This document shows, one piece after another, positions 61,224-64,000 of a stretch of DNA of 64,000 nt. The translations under genes and the position numbers were made by a program. Location: NCBI GenBank assembly GCA_010093815.1, contig ML996591.1. One strand, given 5' to 3'. How positions within the stretch are numbered: position 1 is the stretch's first letter; each line of letters begins with the position of its first letter. The stretch is from Pseudovirgaria hyperparasitica. Its lineage: Eukaryota. The notes below the pieces were generated by a model, which was not told where the DNA came from, made no database searches, and saw only the letters and a list, made by a program, of their open reading frames with translations.

Positions 61224-64000
61224 CTAGATTATATAATAATATTAAGGACGAAATCTCTAGAGAGAGAGAGACCGTTCTACCAACCTCTAGAAGTATATTA
61301 AGCTTATAGTCTAGATTAATAACTAACTATATAAGAGACGCTATAAGAAAAGAGGGAAGAAGGTCTTTTAACCCGTACTTAAATAAGATATAAGGAAGGG
61401 CTATATTAATAAAGCCCTAAACTACTTATATAAGGGATTCTATAATAGACCTATACCTATAGAACTTAGCACCTTATAGATAAAACATCTATCTAATAAA
61501 GAAAAGGAGTAACTAAAGAAGGAAGGTAAGTATCTCTACTATAAGGAAAAGGGACACTATATACGTGAATACCTAAAAAATAAGAATAAGAAAAATTAGA
61601 TTAAAGACCCGGTACTAAGATAAGGGAACTTCGCCGTAGAAAAGGAAGAAGTACCTTATATAGCTATGTTATAGACTAGTTATACTAATAATCTCTATTT
61701 TATATATAAGTTAGAGAAAGATAGTATAGATTAGTATCTAAAGAAAAGAAACGTCTTAATAGCTAGTAAATAACCCCTATCGCTTTATAAAAAAGTAGAA
61801 CTATAGAAACACTTAGAAGTAATAAGAAGACCTAAACTAACTAAAGAAATAGTACCTAAAGAAGTAATAATTAAAGAAAGTACTATAGAAGAGGATAGTA
61901 AGAAAGAAACCCTTACTATAGAGGAACTATATAATAAGTTAATAATAATATAAGACCCTATTACTTACTATATTATCTATTACTATAGAAAGTATATAGA
62001 TAAGAATAATAGAGACCCACCTAGAAGAGGCGTAGAAATCTAATTAGAAGATAACTAACTTATTTCACTCTATTACGAGGAACACGGTAAGACTTTCTAG
62101 GTTACTTATATCTATAATAACTATCTTCGCCACCTCTATAAGAAGTAAACCTAGAAATAGTTTCTATAACGGTATTAAAACCAAGTAATCCTAAAAGCCT
62201 TTAGAGACAAAGATATATAATAAAAACGAAATTTGCCCGGAGAACCAATACACCCAATGCCCGGACGTTACGTACCAAACTTATTTAATATCCAAGGCTA
62301 TTATATGGTATAACCTTCGAGTAGACTTAGATAAAATTAAGAAATAAGTTTAATCTATAATCTAACTTATATAAGAAATAGAATAAGAACTTAGTAAGCT
62401 ACGAAAAAACTAGGAAGGCCGGATATACTAAGAGAAATAGCTAAGCTAAAAAAAAAATCTCTCGTATCTATTAGTAGCTTAGATAATAAAACACGAATAT
62501 CTCTTAAAATTTAGCTCTATTAAAAATACTCTATTAAGGTACTAATTAATAGCGGAGTATAGTCTAATTTTATCTCTCTAACTATAGTAGATAAACTAAA
62601 AATACCCTATAATAGTAAAGAAGAACTATATAAACTATCCACGTTCAAAGGACTCAATATAGAATATACTAATAGAATAGTATACTTAGAAATAGAACCT
62701 CTGGATTTAGTCTTAATAGTAGGACACTAATAATTACGACTAGATATAGCGGAACTAGAATAATATAACTTAATCCTAGAAATACTATAGCTCGAAGAAG
62801 TTAACCCTACAATTAACTAGAAAACTAAGAAAATTATACCCTAGAGAACATTAAGACCCTTAGAAACTATTAAAGAAGAAGTAGAGATTAATAAACCTAT
62901 AAAGGCGCTAATAACTAGAAAGTCTATCTACTATATTCGGAAGCTTAACGATAAGTAAGGTAATATAAAGAGTAGACCCTTATATAAGAAATACGTAGTA
63001 TAATAAGGCACGCCTATAGATAAATAGATTTAAAAAATAAATAACGTACTTATACTAAAGGAATACTACTAATACTATATTATCTTTAAAGAAGAACTTA
63101 AGACGGGATTACTAAAGTATAGCCTATATAATTATATAATAATACTCTAACTAGAAATAGCACCTATATTTAAAAGTATATACTAACTTACCGAAAAATA
63201 ACTAGAGATAATATAATAATATATTAAGAAAATAGAAGTAAAGGGATATATCCGACCCTCTAAATTACCTATAGAATATCTAATACTCTTTATACTAAAA
63301 AAAAGATAGGAGCGAACGACCCTATATAGACTATTAATACTTAAATAATATTACTATTAAAAATAGATACCCTTTACCCTAAATTAATAAATTATAGAAC
63401 TAACTCGTAGAAGCTTAGTACTTTACTATAATAGACTTATAAGGAGCCTATAACCTTATATATATAGTAGAAGGAGATAAATAGAAAATAGCTTTTTAGA
63501 CTTAATACGGCTACTATAAATATCTAGTAATACTATTTAGGCTAACTAATATACTAGCTATATTCTAAGTACTAATTAATAATATACTAAGAGAATATCT
63601 CGACTACTTTATAATAGTCTACCTAGACGATATATTAATTTATTTAAGAAACCTATTAGAGTATAGAGAATACGTATATAAGGTACTTTAGAAATTACGG
63701 ATAGTAAATCTACTAGTAGAGTTAAAGAAGAGTATCTTCTATATATAGAAAGTTATATTTTTAGAATTTAAGATTATATCTAGAGAAATATAAATAGACC
63801 TAAAGAAAATTAAGACTATTAAAAACTAGAAGTAACCTAAGATAGTTAAGGAAATCTAAGGATTTACCGGATTCACGAACTTTTATAGAAAATTTATATA
63901 TAACTATTCTATAAAAACGGCTCTACTATATAAGCTTATAAAGAAAAATATAATATTTAAATAAGGACTAAAGTAAGAATAAGTATTTTAATAGTTAAAA

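Larger units (their letters stand above)
48984..64000 (+). mobile_element. Ty3/gypsy LTR retrotransposon, heavily RIP-mutated, interrupted by two LINEs, truncated by the window edge
   Basis: Relic gag at about 55400-55898, resuming at 61221 (KVIFTARLL..A*FEPYLRDF; GPIPIEL; CCHC relic YLYYKEKGHYIREY near 61530). Protease relic VLINSGV*SNFIS near 62540. RT relics IKNRYPLP, FTIIDL*GAYN and VYLDDILIY at 63350-63640. Confidence 0.88.

Overview
Eukaryotic fungal DNA (filamentous ascomycete: short GT-AG introns with CTRAC branch sites, a MedA homologue, repeats mutated by RIP). Bases 1-42,800 are a gene-dense region with about 14 genes: a partial small secreted Cys-rich protein, EMW1/TTC27, a Gly/Gln-rich protein, medA, a hypothetical gene, an F-box-like gene, carnitine acetyltransferase head-to-head with mitochondrial malate dehydrogenase, a class II aldolase, a KH-domain RNA-binding protein, AYR1, and a contiguous GH12 / UDP-glucose dehydrogenase / cellulose-synthase-like GT2 trio that looks like a polysaccharide biosynthesis cluster. 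From about 42,830 the sequence is mostly AT-rich RIP-degraded transposons. These comprise three copies of one Tad-like LINE, two of them nested with clear target-site duplications inside a Ty3/gypsy element that runs off the right edge, with an intact dipeptidyl-peptidase V gene isolated between the repeat blocks. The most unusual signals are (1) the GH12-UGD-GT2 cluster, (2) a 31-bp palindrome that brackets the coding region of each full-length LINE copy, and (3) a LINE 5' end that is homologous to what appears to be the 3' half of the host gypsy LTR. All gene models were assembled by eye, and no database search was run.
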